DNA of 64,000 nt from Pavona decussata (lineage: Eukaryota). The position numbers and the translations under genes were made by a program. Positions within the stretch are counted from its first letter, which is position 1. Every line of letters begins with the position of its first letter. The notes under the pieces were generated by a model. That model was given only the letters and a program-made list of their open reading frames with translations, searched no databases and was not told the DNA's origin. The stretch is taken from positions 186,001 through 250,000 of the forward strand of contig CDRNST010000064.1 of the NCBI GenBank assembly GCA_977016875.1, read 5' to 3'. Shown one piece after another: positions 25,199 through 37,490 of the stretch.

Positions 25199-26153
25199 CT
25201 ATTAAGAATCAATTTAAAGAGGAAATAAATAGAGGCAACTTGTAAGCCAGTTTGTAAAGGTGGTGTACTTCAAGGTGGTGTAACAGTAACGACACTTTTA
25301 TAGGGGATCTCCCCCGGAAACGCTTAGTATAGATTGCTGAGTTCTCCTGCACCTAAATATCTACCTAATGTAACAGTACTGTGTTAACAGTGATGGGTGA
25401 ATAAAACTCCGGTTCTGGGGTCTGGAAAAAGGGAACTTCCAAACTGATCCATGTTGTCTGTCAGAAAATGGCGTGATATTTCATTGCGGATGGTCGCGCA
25501 ATTTGAATGTTGCAGTTGTTGACAGGTATAAATGTTTTATAATCCTCATTATCAGGAACAATCGGAGCGATCAGTCAAAGGTTGGATAATTATTTCCTAT
25601 AAATATCAAAAACTCATCGAGGGACTCTCAATAACCAGTGCATTCTTTTTAGTATTTTCCAGTAGTTCCAATTATTTTGAAAGGAGAACGAACACTTCCT
25701 GCGAATGTATTGAAGTTTTCCAAACATTTGTGACGTTAGGCTCTTTTACCAGACCCTGTTCGCGAAATGAGCCTACGCTTATCCCCGAGGAGACAGTTGG
25801 ACGCGTGACCTTGGCTTAACGATGATAAGGTCATGCGTCCAACCGTCAATGTAGTAGTAAGAAGATAGTGAATGGTGGTCTTTGTGTTGTCTGTTGGTTT
25901 GTCCAAGGAGGCATTATAATGTTTCTCGTTAAGAGGTGTGTTTTAAACTACATTAATTAAGACCCGGGTGAACCTGCTCTTCACCGAAATGCGAGCACAT
26001 TTTTAAACTGAACTGTAATGGTTAGCTTCCTTAAATATTTAATTACTCATCGTCGCGCAGTTTCTATGGGAAAGTCGTCGACAAATGTAACGTTACATTT
26101 TGAAAACCTAAATCTAGTAATATATACTTCAAAAACTACAAGTCAAATCTTAC

Positions 26154-26225
26154 CAGTTGCTGGACTCGGTGTCGGGACCGCTGGTCTGTTGGTGGTCGGT
26201 GGGTTTATCCACGGAGTCAAAGATG
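26154..26225 (-). CDS. CUB-domain protein, 72-nt Pro/Thr/Ser-rich exon (copy 3)
   Basis: aacag|...|gtaaga, phase 1-1, SLTPWINPPTTNRPAVPTPSPAT. Confidence 0.72.
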
Positions 26226-26469
26226 CTGTTAAGAATCAATTTAGAAAGACAATAAATAGAGACATCTTATAAATAAGTTTGTCAACGTGGTGTACTTTCA
26301 AACTTATCCATGATACCTGTCAGAAAACCGCCTGAATATAATTGTGGATCAACGGCAACTTTCTGAGAGTCTGTTGAAGACTTCCAAACATTTTAATTTG
26401 TGACCCGACGGAGCAACGGAAATCTAACGTACATTCCTGTACAAAATATATTCATTTAAATATAAAAAA

Positions 26470-26765
26470 ACCTATATTTGAACTGCAGGTTAAAGATTAA
26501 ATAGAAGAAAGATCCCTGCAGTTTTTTTCACGCAATCTAAGCAGCTGCGAAAATAAATATCCATGTTTCAAATATTAATATTAATTTATTCACGTTTCAC
26601 GAGTATATCACGAACTCACAATTTGACCAGCTCCCAGTTGGCTTGATAGCTCAGTTGGTAGAGCACTGCACCGGCATCGCAGTGGTCATGGGTTCAAATC
26701 CTGTTCTTTTTTTTGCAACTGCATAGGTTACTTTAATAACTGCGAGGATCTTTCTTCTATTTTAG
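26470..26765 (+). mobile_element. tRNA-derived SINE-like repeat
   Basis: tRNA-like head GGCTTGATAGCTCAGTTGGTAGAGCACTGCACCGG...GGGTTCAAATCC (26640-26705) with Pol III A- and B-box-like motifs. Flanked by inverted arms (AAATAGAAGAAAGATCC / GGATCTTTCTTCTATTT). A truncated paralog lies at ~37690-37737. Confidence 0.75.
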
Positions 26766-29149
26766 TAATACTATAAGTTATATATAACAATAACATTACA
26801 ACCTCGAGATTTCTATCTGATGAAGGCGCAGCCCGAATCAGCTATCACGCGATAGAAACCGAGCGCGAATAATCAAATTGTTTTAGTATAAATCTACTAG
26901 TCGTGCAAAACTTAACAAGTAAATTATTTATATCCTCAGCTCATCGCAGACACTTCGAAAACGCCATGGAGTGGCCGCCATTTTGTTGTAAACCGCTACT
27001 CACTATTTAACACAGAATAGAAGGGGCGTAGCGTAGCCAATCAGAGAACGGCATTCGTGATACAACGCTAGTACATTTATACTTATAAGTAATATCATTG
27101 CTAACATTTATGTCAGTAATGTAACGCAATATTGTAAGTAAGCTTAATGTAAGAAAACTAAAGTCTTGAGGTGAAGTTTTCTTTAACGTTGTATTGCACA
27201 CCTTGTAAAAAAAAAAGGTATGAAAAAGTGTCTGACGAACTCTTGAACGCGTCTCCGTCGCCGTTAAGGACTGAATTCCGTTTGAACTAGAGATTCAGAC
27301 GCAGACTGTCCACGTAGAAAATCGTGTAAGTGCTAACGGAACATCATCTGCAGAATTCGCTGACTGATGTGTTAAAGGTTGTGAACCGGTTTATCATGGC
27401 TTCTGCACCAGTGAAGGCCCTTATCAGTTATCCGTCCGTCACATCAGTATTCCCAAAAATCCCATACATAGCTTGTTTGGACGCTTTTATTATAGACCCG
27501 CGTGAACTTCGAAAGTTTGAAGTCAAAGGGGGATTGAAATGCCATTGTACTCTTTTGTCAGCTGTAGTTACTCTAATCAAGTTTTCGTCTAACTTTTCTA
27601 CAACAAGTTCTTCCAGTTCTCGATTTGCTCCCACTAAATTAGTCCCATTATCTGAATTCATTTCTTCAGGCTATCCTCTGTGATTCGCTATCCTCTAAAA
27701 TGGGTTAAGGAAGGAATCGTTGTCCAGTGCAATTGCCATTTTGAAATGCACCGCTCTGGTGGTTATACATGTAAACAGACAAAGTTATACCTTAGCTATT
27801 TGTTGTCCTCTGCCCTGGAATGTTATGAAAGGCTCTTCGAATCTACAAGCATACGACCGAACGCAAGAAGTGGAGTTTAAAGCCTAATTCTTGGGTGAGC
27901 CGCTGTGATTTGTTGCGACAGTTTGGCTTTTCTCTTACGATATTCATAGCACTAAGCTTCACAATCTCGGATTTATTCTCGCCTCTGCATTAACCAAAAA
28001 CGAGAAAGGACAACATTAGCAATGTTTAATGAGTGATTCCCGTTTCCTGTGATAATGTCGCATGATCAGCTTGGTTACTCAGTTCTTTCATGTAAGATAA
28101 TAGGGTAGTTAACGTCATGTGGTAAATACTCAGCATTCTCTAGACGAGCACCAGATCTCATTACTCTATCTTCATCAATTCTTAGTTTTAGGGCGAGTAA
28201 CTGGTTACCCCCTGGAAGTGTTTTATCACTTGTACTCTTCCCTAAATGATTCCGCTTGTGCTGACTTCATTACTTGAATGTGCGCGTCCTCAATGTCGTT
28301 GGTAGTCAGCCCACACTTAATGCGTTTCTCTCGTCGTAAACTTACACAATTGTGTACGAGGCGATAAACCCAGGCCAGTGTTCTGATGAGTCTAATCCAG
28401 GCAGAAAAGTGTCTCGTTTCAAGCCGCTACGTAGCATGGTTTTGGATAGCCAACATCGTTGTCCCTTTAATGCTGCAGTTAGCCTGTAGGCGTGGCTGTT
28501 TCCTGACCTCTTTCGTTCCTGTTTCATGATTCGACCTATTGCCCATTTAGATATTTTTCCTCTGTAAATACAAAGAGGTCCGTCCCACCGGGTGTCCTTG
28601 CTAGCTAACCGCTCGACTGATAAGACTCTTGTTAGACGATCAGCTGAATCATCGTCAGTGGAAAAATGCCTCCACAGTCGAGGACTTGTTTGAGACTGTA
28701 TTTCTCCAATTCTGTTTACAACAAACGGCTTAAATGTCCTGGTTGGTTCGGCAATGTATCTACCATAACACGTTCATGCTATCCGGCCAAGCCGTGATTT
28801 CACTAGTTGCAATCTTTAATGCTTTCGATATCAATGCACTTAGTCTGAATCCTAGAATTGCGCGCATCAGCTGTAAATGAAGGATACTTGTGGCTGTAAG
28901 TGGTGCAACTCTTGATTCAGAAGCCACTAGATGGACCGAAACAGTTTCATCACTGTGGTCATGTCTGTAATACACGACCGCTCCATACACATTCGATGAA
29001 GCATCCACGAATGCGTGCAGACTCGCGGACTTCACATCCCTGTCTACCGGCTGTAGACATCACGATCTTAATTTTCACAAAACGCTCTAGGTCATTGTTG
29101 AACCACCGAATAGCTTTCTTTTCTTGTTACAACTTAAGCGACACCTAGC

Positions 29150-29780
29150 TACCTTATTACATGAAATTTTCGCGACACGTTAAGTTCGCGAATTTCGCGA
29201 TTTATTTAAGTCGTCCGGGAAGCAATTTGTCGCGGCTATTGCGTATCGATCATGTTAGTTGTTTCTTTCATGGATGCAGGAAAGAACGTCTCCAACCTTA
29301 AAGGATGTTTTCAATGCTACCACCTGTTGATGGATCCGTATCAAAGACGTTTACGCAAACAATTAAACAGCATCAGTTTTGAAACTAAACGGCAACATTT
29401 TCTCTTTGGAGCCTGGAGAAAGGAATACTTAATGTACATGGATAATGACGTTAATTGACCACAAAAAACGGGACTTGAATTCAAGCACTAACTTTAAACC
29501 TTGCCTTGTAGACACTGTAGGAACATCTTTCTTGTTACTGTTTACAGATTCAGTTGCGTTTCTGTTTATTTGGACATTATTGATTAAGTTGTTTGATCAA
29601 ATTCAGGGACATGTTAAATAACATTGACAAAGAAATAAATTGTGTCTCACTCAAAAATGCCAAATTAAAGTGAGTCAAAATGCGACATTTTCGCAAAATC
29701 GTGAAATTAAGGTGTCGCAAAATATGCGATCCTCAAAATCGCGAAATTAACGTGTCGCGAAAATTTCATGTAATAAGGTA
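29150..29780. mobile_element. MITE with long TIRs and TA ends, copy 1
   Basis: TACCTTATTACATGAAATTTTCGCGACACGTTAA...TTAACGTGTCGCGAAAATTTCATGTAATAAGGTA. Interrupts BEL pol; empty site at ~38470. Confidence 0.88.
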
Positions 29781-32318
29781 GTCGTTGCCCGTGGTCCAGC
29801 CTTTACACAAATGGTATATAGCGTCCAAAATCCCAAAGGTACGAAAAATGTGGTTATTCTCTTCAGGAAACTGTGCTTTATTAGGTCTTCTTACATCTGT
29901 ACTCATCTCGAGGTTGATGCACTCGGAAGATGAACATGTTTTCCTTCTCTACCCATAGTACTCCGAGCTTCTGAACAGAAGGGGAGCCCTTATCTAAATC
30001 CAGTTTTCGCTATTGATATCTCCCACAACAATTTTTCTAAATTAGACAGCCATTTACATGCATGCATACCAGCATTCCACAGCGTTGAAAGATTTTTGTA
30101 CAAGTCTATGGTTGTCTTATCGTCTGAATCCACGCTACCGTACATATATGTTCAGAGATAGTTAAAGATAATATTGCCAGAGATGGTATTGTCACCGCAG
30201 CCAGTGGAAATTTTTTTTTTTTTGATACTTCTTTGCATTTTCTTGAACGACGAACTGCGACTGAAACGGCGACGAATTCATTCCGACTGCCATTCATTTA
30301 AATTCATATTCATCTAGTACCTCGGTTTGGTGGAGCACTCTCCATAAAAGTCCATTATACTAGGTATCTTCTGGCGTTTGACTTATGCGGAGATACATCT
30401 CTGCTATGCCACAGACTAACGCTATCGCTTGCTTGTAGAACCGTATCAAAACGCTGAAAAGCTCTCGTTTCAACTTAGATGCCTTGTGTACGAAGTCGCT
30501 TAAAGATCCCCTTGCACTTGGCTGACGCGTCAGACGCAATGCTCGTCTCCGTCGTTGCTTCTTTCGGCCTCATAACAGATAAGTGTGGTAGGCAACAGGA
30601 CTCAATGGGCTTTTTTCTGTTTTTGGGATCTTCCTTACGCAACCTTTCTTCTGGCTCCTTGGGTATGCGTTTCTCTGTTTTTCTCATGCGTCTCAGGGCT
30701 GTCTCGTAGTTGTCCGGTAACACTGACCGGTCGTCTTTCCAAGTAACTGGGACTTCGTACCTCCCGCTCTCAAATTTGATGGGCCGCTTAAGTTTCTCGA
30801 ACGTGAATTTCTCATTTAGAGTCTCAAAGCTGTGACTTAGCAATTTTGTCTCCAAGGCCTTTTGGAGTATGTAATTTAGTTGCTGCTCTTATCGCCGGCA
30901 CGTATAAAATAAGTGAGAGCGAAACTTGTTCGATAGCGTCCCTCATCAGTACTATTTGGATCGCCGATCGTGTCCATCCGAAGGCCATTAACCGTGCAAC
31001 TCTTTTTACTGATTTTCTTATAACACCCCTCTCTGATTGATACCGACAAAAATGTCGATGATTGGATGTGGTCCAAGGTAAGGTAATACCCTTTAGATGC
31101 TCCAACTTCCTCGCGTATTTTGCCCAGTTGATTGCTCCAATGTTCCCTGAAACACGTTCTGCAATGAAACTACTATGTTTACATCTATCTTTCCATCTAA
31201 GCTTTCAAGATTAAGTTGGAAGGTTTGTGTCTCGAAGCTGTCGGTTCGACCATTTAGAAAGTTAACGGTTACTCTACGGTTCTCCTGATTCAACTGTTGA
31301 TGTATGTCTTACTGCTAGCATCGTCCAGTAGCACATTAACGACGACTCGTCTTGCACCATTTTTCATTACTGCTGTCACTTTCCTCGTTGCAACATAACG
31401 CGTCTAGTTTCTTTCATGTGCATTGCTGTTATGTTCGATGTTTCCGGTAAGACCTGTGTGGACTCCCCCTCCGTAATATCTACTACTGGAGCTACTTTAG
31501 TTTCACCCAGATCGACGTTTAAGGGCTGAAGATTGTAGCTGTCACTCCCATTGCCGTTCCTTGCAATCTCCGGCCTCTCCTTTCTTTACAATGTAGTACG
31601 ACTGTTGTGCGTCCCTACAAACCAAAAAATCGGGACTGTGGGAATGATATTCCGTAATGGGTCTCTCTTTGGCATCTATAGCAACAACGTCGTTGGGCCG
31701 CTATCCGTCACCTCTTTTCAACGGTTATACCTTAAAACTCGTCGCACCAAATGGGTGGTTATTTCCACAGACTTTGCATGTTCGGCAGCTCTTCCTAGGC
31801 CACTGGTTTGGATTCCCCGCGAGTGAACTGATCTACTGCAATTGCTCCATATCCCTCGAAGCCTCTCAGCTTGTGCTTTCTGGAATTCTGCTTCTTGTAT
31901 AACCCATTGTCGTAATGCTTCTACGCACTGTGGTTTTTTTGTTTTGTGTTATCCGGCCAAGCCGTGATTTCACTAGTTGCAATCTTCAATGCTTTCGATA
32001 TCAATGCACTTAGTCTGAATCCTAGAATGCGCGCATCAGCTCTAAATGAAGGATACTTGTGGCTGTTAGTGGTGCAACTCTTGATTCAGAAGCAACTAGA
32101 TGGACCGAAACAGTTCCATCACTGTGGTCATGTCTGTAATACACGACCGCTCCATACACATTCGATGAAGCATCCACGAATGCGTGCAGACTCGCGGACT
32201 TCACATCCCTGTCTACCGGCTGTAGACATCACGATCTTAATTTTCACAAAATGCTCTAGTTCATTGTTGAACCACCGAATAGCCTTCTTTTCTTGTTACA
32301 ACTTAAGCGACTCCTAAC

Positions 32319-32966
32319 TACCTTATTACATGAAATTTTCGCGACACGTTAATTTTGCGAATTTCGCGATTAAAAAAAAAAATCGCGAAATTTAAGTTGT
32401 CCGGGAAGCAATTTGTCGCGGCTATTGCGTATCGATCATGTTAGTTGTTTCTTTCATGGATGCAGAAAAGAACGTCTCCAACCTTAAAGGATGTTTTCAA
32501 TGCTACCACCTGTTGATGGATCTGTATCAAAGACGTTTACGCAAACAATTAAACAGCATCAGTTTTGAGACTAAACGGCAACATTTTCTCTTTGGAGCCT
32601 GCAGAAAGGAATATTTAACGTACATGGATAATGACGTCAATTGACCACAAAAAACGGGACTTGAATTCAAGCACTAACTTTAAACCTTACCTTGTAGACA
32701 CTGTAGGAACATCTTTCTTGTTACTATTTACAGATTCAGATGCGTTTCTGTTTATTTGGACATTATTGATTAAGTTGTTTGATCAAATTCAGGGACATGT
32801 TAAATAACATTGACAAAGAAATAAAGTGTGTCTCACTCAAAAACGCCAAATTAAAGTGAGTCAAAATGCGACATTTTCCCAAAATCGTGAAATTAAGGTG
32901 TCGCAAAATATGCGAACCTCAAAATCGCGAAATTAACGTGTCGCGAAAATTTCATGTAATAAGGTA
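32319..32966. mobile_element. MITE with long TIRs and TA ends, copy 2 (duplicated with its BEL host)
   Basis: Same TIRs and same BEL flanks as 29150-29780. Confidence 0.88.
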
Positions 32967-35900
32967 GTCGTTGCCCGTGGTCCAGCCTTTACACAAATGG
33001 TATATAGCGTCCAAAATCCCAAAGGCACGAAAAATGTGGTTATTCTCTTCAGGAAACTGTGCTTTATTAGGTCTTCTTACATCTGTACTCATCTCGAGGT
33101 TGATGCACTCGGAAGATGAACATGTTTTCCTTCTCTACCCATAGTACTCCGAGCTTCTGAACAGAGGGCAGCCCTTATCTAAATCCAGTTTTCGCTATTG
33201 ATATCTCCCACAACAATTCTTCTAAATTAGACAGCCATTTACGTGCATGCATACCAGCATTCCACAGCGTTGAAAGTGTTTTGTACAAGTCTATGGTTGT
33301 CTTATTGTCTGAATCCACGCTACCGTACATATATGTTCAGAGATAGTTCAAGATAATATTCCCAGAGATGGTATTGTCACCGCAGCCAGTGGAAATTTTT
33401 TTTTTTGATACTTCTTCGCATGTTCTTGAACGACGAACTACGACTGAAACGGCGACGAATTCATCCCGACTGCCATTCATTTAAATTCAGATTCATCTAG
33501 TACCTTGGTTTGGTGGAGCGCTCTCCATAAAAGTCTATTATACTAGGTATCTTCTGGCGTTTGACTTATGCGGAGATACATCTCTGCTATGCCACAGACT
33601 AACGCTATCGCTTGCTTGTGGAACCGTATCAAAACGCTGAAAAGCTCTCGTTTCATGCCTTGTGTACGAAGTCGCTTAAAGATCCCCTTGCACTTGGCTG
33701 ACGCGTCAGACGCAATGCTCGTCTCCGTCGTTGCTTCGTTCGGCCTCATAACAGATAAGTGTGGTAGGCAACAGGACTCAATGGGCTTTTTTCTGTTTTT
33801 GGGGTCTTCATTACGCAACCTTTCTTGTGGCTCCTTGAGTATGCGTTTCTCTGTTTTTCTCATGCGTCTCAGGGCTGTCTCGTGGTTTCTGGTAACACTG
33901 ACCGGTCGTCTTTCCAAGTAACTGGGACTTCGTACCTTCCGCTGTCAAATTTGATGGACCACTTAAGTTTCTTGAGCGCGAATTTCTCATTTAGAGTCAC
34001 AAAGCTGTGACTTAGCAATTCTATCTCCAAGACCTTTTGGAGTATGTAATTTAGTTGCTGCTCTTATCGCCGGCACGTATAAAATAAGTGAGAGCGAAAC
34101 TTGCTCGATAGCGTCCCTCATCAGTACTATTTGGATCGCCGATCGTGCCCATCCGAAGGTCATTAACCGTGCAACTCTTTTTACTGGTTTTCTTATATTA
34201 CCCCTCTCTGATTGATACCGACAAAAATGTCGATGATTGGGCGTGTTCCAAGGTAAAGTAATACCCTTTAGATGCTTCAACTTCCTCGCGTATTTTGCCC
34301 AGTTGATTGCTCCAATGTTCCCTGAAACACGTTCTGCAATGAAACTACTATCTTTACATCTATCTTTCCATCTAAGCTTTCAAGATTTAGTTGGAAGGTT
34401 TGTGTCTCGAAGCTGTCGGTTCGACCATTTAGAAAGTTAACGGTTACTCTACGGTTCTCCTGAGTAAACTGTTGATGTATGTCTTACTGCTAGCATCGTC
34501 CAGTAGCGCATTAACGACCACTTGTCTTGCACCATTTTTCATTACTGCTGTTACTTTCCACGTTGCAACATATTCGCCTCTAGTTTCTTTCATGTGCATT
34601 GCTGTTATGTTCGATGTTTCCGGTAAGACCTGCGTGGACTCCCCCTCCGTAATATCTACTACTGGAGCTACTTTAGTTTCATCCCGAGGACGTTTAAGGG
34701 CTGAAGATTGTAGCTGTCACTCCCATTGCCGTTCCTTGCAATCTCCGGCCTCTCCTTTCTTTACAATGTAGTACGACTGTTGTGCGTCCCTACAAACCGA
34801 AAAAAATCGGGACTGTGGGAACGATATTCCGTAATGGGTCTCCGCCATCCCTTTTCAACGGTTATATCTTAAGACTCGTCGCACCAAATGGGTGGTTATT
34901 TCCACAGACTTTGCATGTTCGGCAGCTCTTCCTAGGCCACTGGTTTGGATTCCCCGCGAGTGAACTGATCTACTGCAATTGCTCCATATCCCTCGAAGCC
35001 TCTCAGCTTGTGCTTTCTGGAATTCTGCTTCTTGTATAACCCATTGTCGTAATGCTTCTACGCACTGTGGTTTTTGTGTTCAAAAATCCGTCGATGGTAC
35101 TGTGCTAGCACTGACTCTGTCATCTTCCTCTGCAGCTTATCAAAGAGCGATCCATTGCCCAACTCCTTATGTCAGCCAGCCTCTTAAAGGTTGATAACTT
35201 CGATGTCTTGGATATCAGCGAACTTCTCTGTATCTTTGGTGTTACCGACACGGATTGGCTTAAAATCCCCAAGTTCCTCCAAATACTTGCAGAGGTAAGC
35301 AGAGGTGGAATGATCCAAATTCTCAATAATCCTTAACACTTCGCCCGATAAGTACTGTCCGAGCTATATTAGCTTGCGCTCGAGTACCGCAGTTGCTTTG
35401 TCGATACAGGCTTGAAAAAACTGGGCGCTGACGCTTTGCTTAGTGGACCCTCAAGCTGTGGTTAGTACCAGACGGTGTTTTCCGAGTCTTCTTATCGTAA
35501 AATTCTGCTTCTAGGCCGATCTCTCGCTCCAGGGTTAAATGAGTTTCTTTAACGTTTTCCTTGGGGATCTTTTATGCCTGTTTATCTTTTCTCATGCTCT
35601 CTTATTTTTCGGGAAAATATTTTTTTCAACCCTTTCCTTCTCAAGCCTCAATGGCTAGCTATTCACTAAAACCCTTAGCTGCTAATCTCTCGGCGCGCTC
35701 TCGAGCCTTTCGCTCTTCGACGTGTAAGCCTTCACAGCTCTGGGAAGCATAAAATACGATACTAGATGATTCGCAGATACTCGGCAAAATATGAAGATTC
35801 TTGCAGAAAAAAATTGGGGGTGGGGGGGTAGGTGCACTTTAATTAAGTGAGCTTTGCAAATTATTACTATCAATTGGGGCTGGAATATACAGTTTATGAC

Positions 35901-36426
35901 AATCGGGAACTTTGGAATAAAGATAAATTACACAATTTATGTGTTTTTAAAGCCTCGTTTAATGTTAATTCTGGCCCTGAAAATCTTAATTTAACCCTAT
36001 CTAGAGCGGGCTTCTTTTTTTGTTTTTTGGGTCTGGGAAAGTCGAGGGGTGGGGGAGACATGAAGAGACATGAAGGCGGATGTTGAATTACCTTTTTAAA
36101 AAATAAATATTTACAACGTATACTAAGAGAAATAGTACCTAGTAGTCAACGCAGTAGTTGTGTTGTTGGTGGGTTTGACCAAGCAGGCATCGTAATGTTT
36201 CTTGTTAAGAAGTGTGTTATAAACTACATTAATGAAGACCTAGGTGAACCTGTTTTTAACTAAAATGGTCTATTTTTAAACTGACCGGTAATGACAAGCC
36301 CCCTTAAATCTTCAATTCCTCATCGTCGCGCAATTTGTATGCTAAAGTTGTCGAGAAGTCTGACGTAAGATTGAAACCTTATTCAAGTAATATATACTTC
36401 AAAACCACAAGTCATTTCAGTATTAC

Positions 36427-36498
36427 CTTGTGCTGGACTCGGTGTCGGGGACGCTGGTCTGTTTGTGGTTGGTGGGTTTGTCGACGGAGTCACATTGA
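36427..36498 (-). CDS. CUB-domain protein, 72-nt Pro/Thr/Ser-rich exon (copy 2)
   Basis: gacag|...|gtaata, phase 1-1, NVTPSTNPPTTNRPASPTPSPAQ. Confidence 0.72.
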
Positions 36499-37418
36499 CT
36501 GTCGAGAATGAAATTAAAAGCGAAGTAAATAGAGACATATTGTAAACCAGTTTGTCAAGGTGGTGCACTTGCAAACGTTTCTACGATGCTTGTGAGGAAA
36601 CCGCCTGGTATATAATTGCGGATCGATGGGAAATTAGAATGTGGCAGTTTTTGATAAGTACAAACAAATATTTTATAATTCTCAGTATCAGGAACAATCA
36701 GGGGAGATCAGTCAAACATTGGCTAGTTATTTTCTCTACATGTATCCAGAGGTCATCAAGTAGTTCCATTTATTTTCAAAGGAGAATGCACACTTTCTGA
36801 GAATCTGTTGAAGTTCTCCAATCATTTGTGAGCTTAGGATTCGATAACCACCCGCTGTTCGTGAAATGAGCACAAGCTCATCTCTGAAGAGATAATTGAA
36901 CACGTGACTTTGGCACTGTTAATTTCCACCAATGAGAAACGTGTCTGCCTGAATCTTCCAGGCGACATAAATTACGTAAATTTGCTTTGAGAGAGTTATG
37001 GTGAAGTGGATAGTATGCGATCGTGTTATTGAGAAGTTTAAGATTTAAAATCTCAAAGCTGTGCGACGGGGATCTTTGAAAAGTTGGTTATCATGCAAGA
37101 TGTTTTCGTTATTCAAACGACTCAATTGGGAAAGTCTCTAATATTGAATCGTGTTCTTTGTGTTTTCTGTTGGTTTGTCCAAGGAAGCATTGTAATGTTT
37201 CTTCTTAAGAAGTGTGTTTTAAACTACATTAATGGAGAACCTCTTTTTCATCGAAATGGTACATTTTTTGAACTGAACTGTAATGGCTGGCTCCCTTAAA
37301 TCTTCAATTACCCATCATCACGCAGTTTGTATGTGAAAGTCGTCGACAAACGTAACGTTACAGTTTGAAAACCGAAATCTAGTAATATATACTTAAAAAA
37401 ATACAGCTCATATATTAC

Positions 37419-37490
37419 CTATTGCTTGACTCGGTGTCGGGGACGCTGGTCTGTTGGTGGTCGGTGGGTTTGTCCACGGAGTCAAGGTAG
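37419..37490 (-). CDS. CUB-domain protein, 72-nt Pro/Thr/Ser-rich exon (copy 1)
   Basis: aacag|...|gtaata, phase 1-1, TLTPWTNPPTTNRPASPTPSQAI. Confidence 0.72.

Larger units (their letters stand above)
27395..35640 (-). mobile_element. Decayed BEL/Pao LTR retrotransposon with internal 3.17-kb tandem duplication
   Basis: Integrase SDNGTNLVGANREL...WHFNPP (27428-27661). Pao RNase H LHAFVDASSNVYGAVVY...LVASESRVAPL (28760-29035 and 32022-32204). RT region GRYEVPVTWK...LPDNYETALRR...LPHLSVMRP (30475-30855 and 33543-33917). Protease VVNVLLDDAS near 31320. No LTRs recognised. Confidence 0.92.

Noticed and set aside
26640-26706. Functional tRNA gene
   Set aside because: The 3' acceptor stem is missing, there is no clean cloverleaf, and it is embedded in a repeat. 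Treated as a SINE head.
26817-26848. Second hammerhead (CTGATGAAGGCGCAGCCCGAAT)
   Set aside because: GAAT instead of GAAA and no stem I/III or NUH context. It is the central hairpin of a palindromic repeat.
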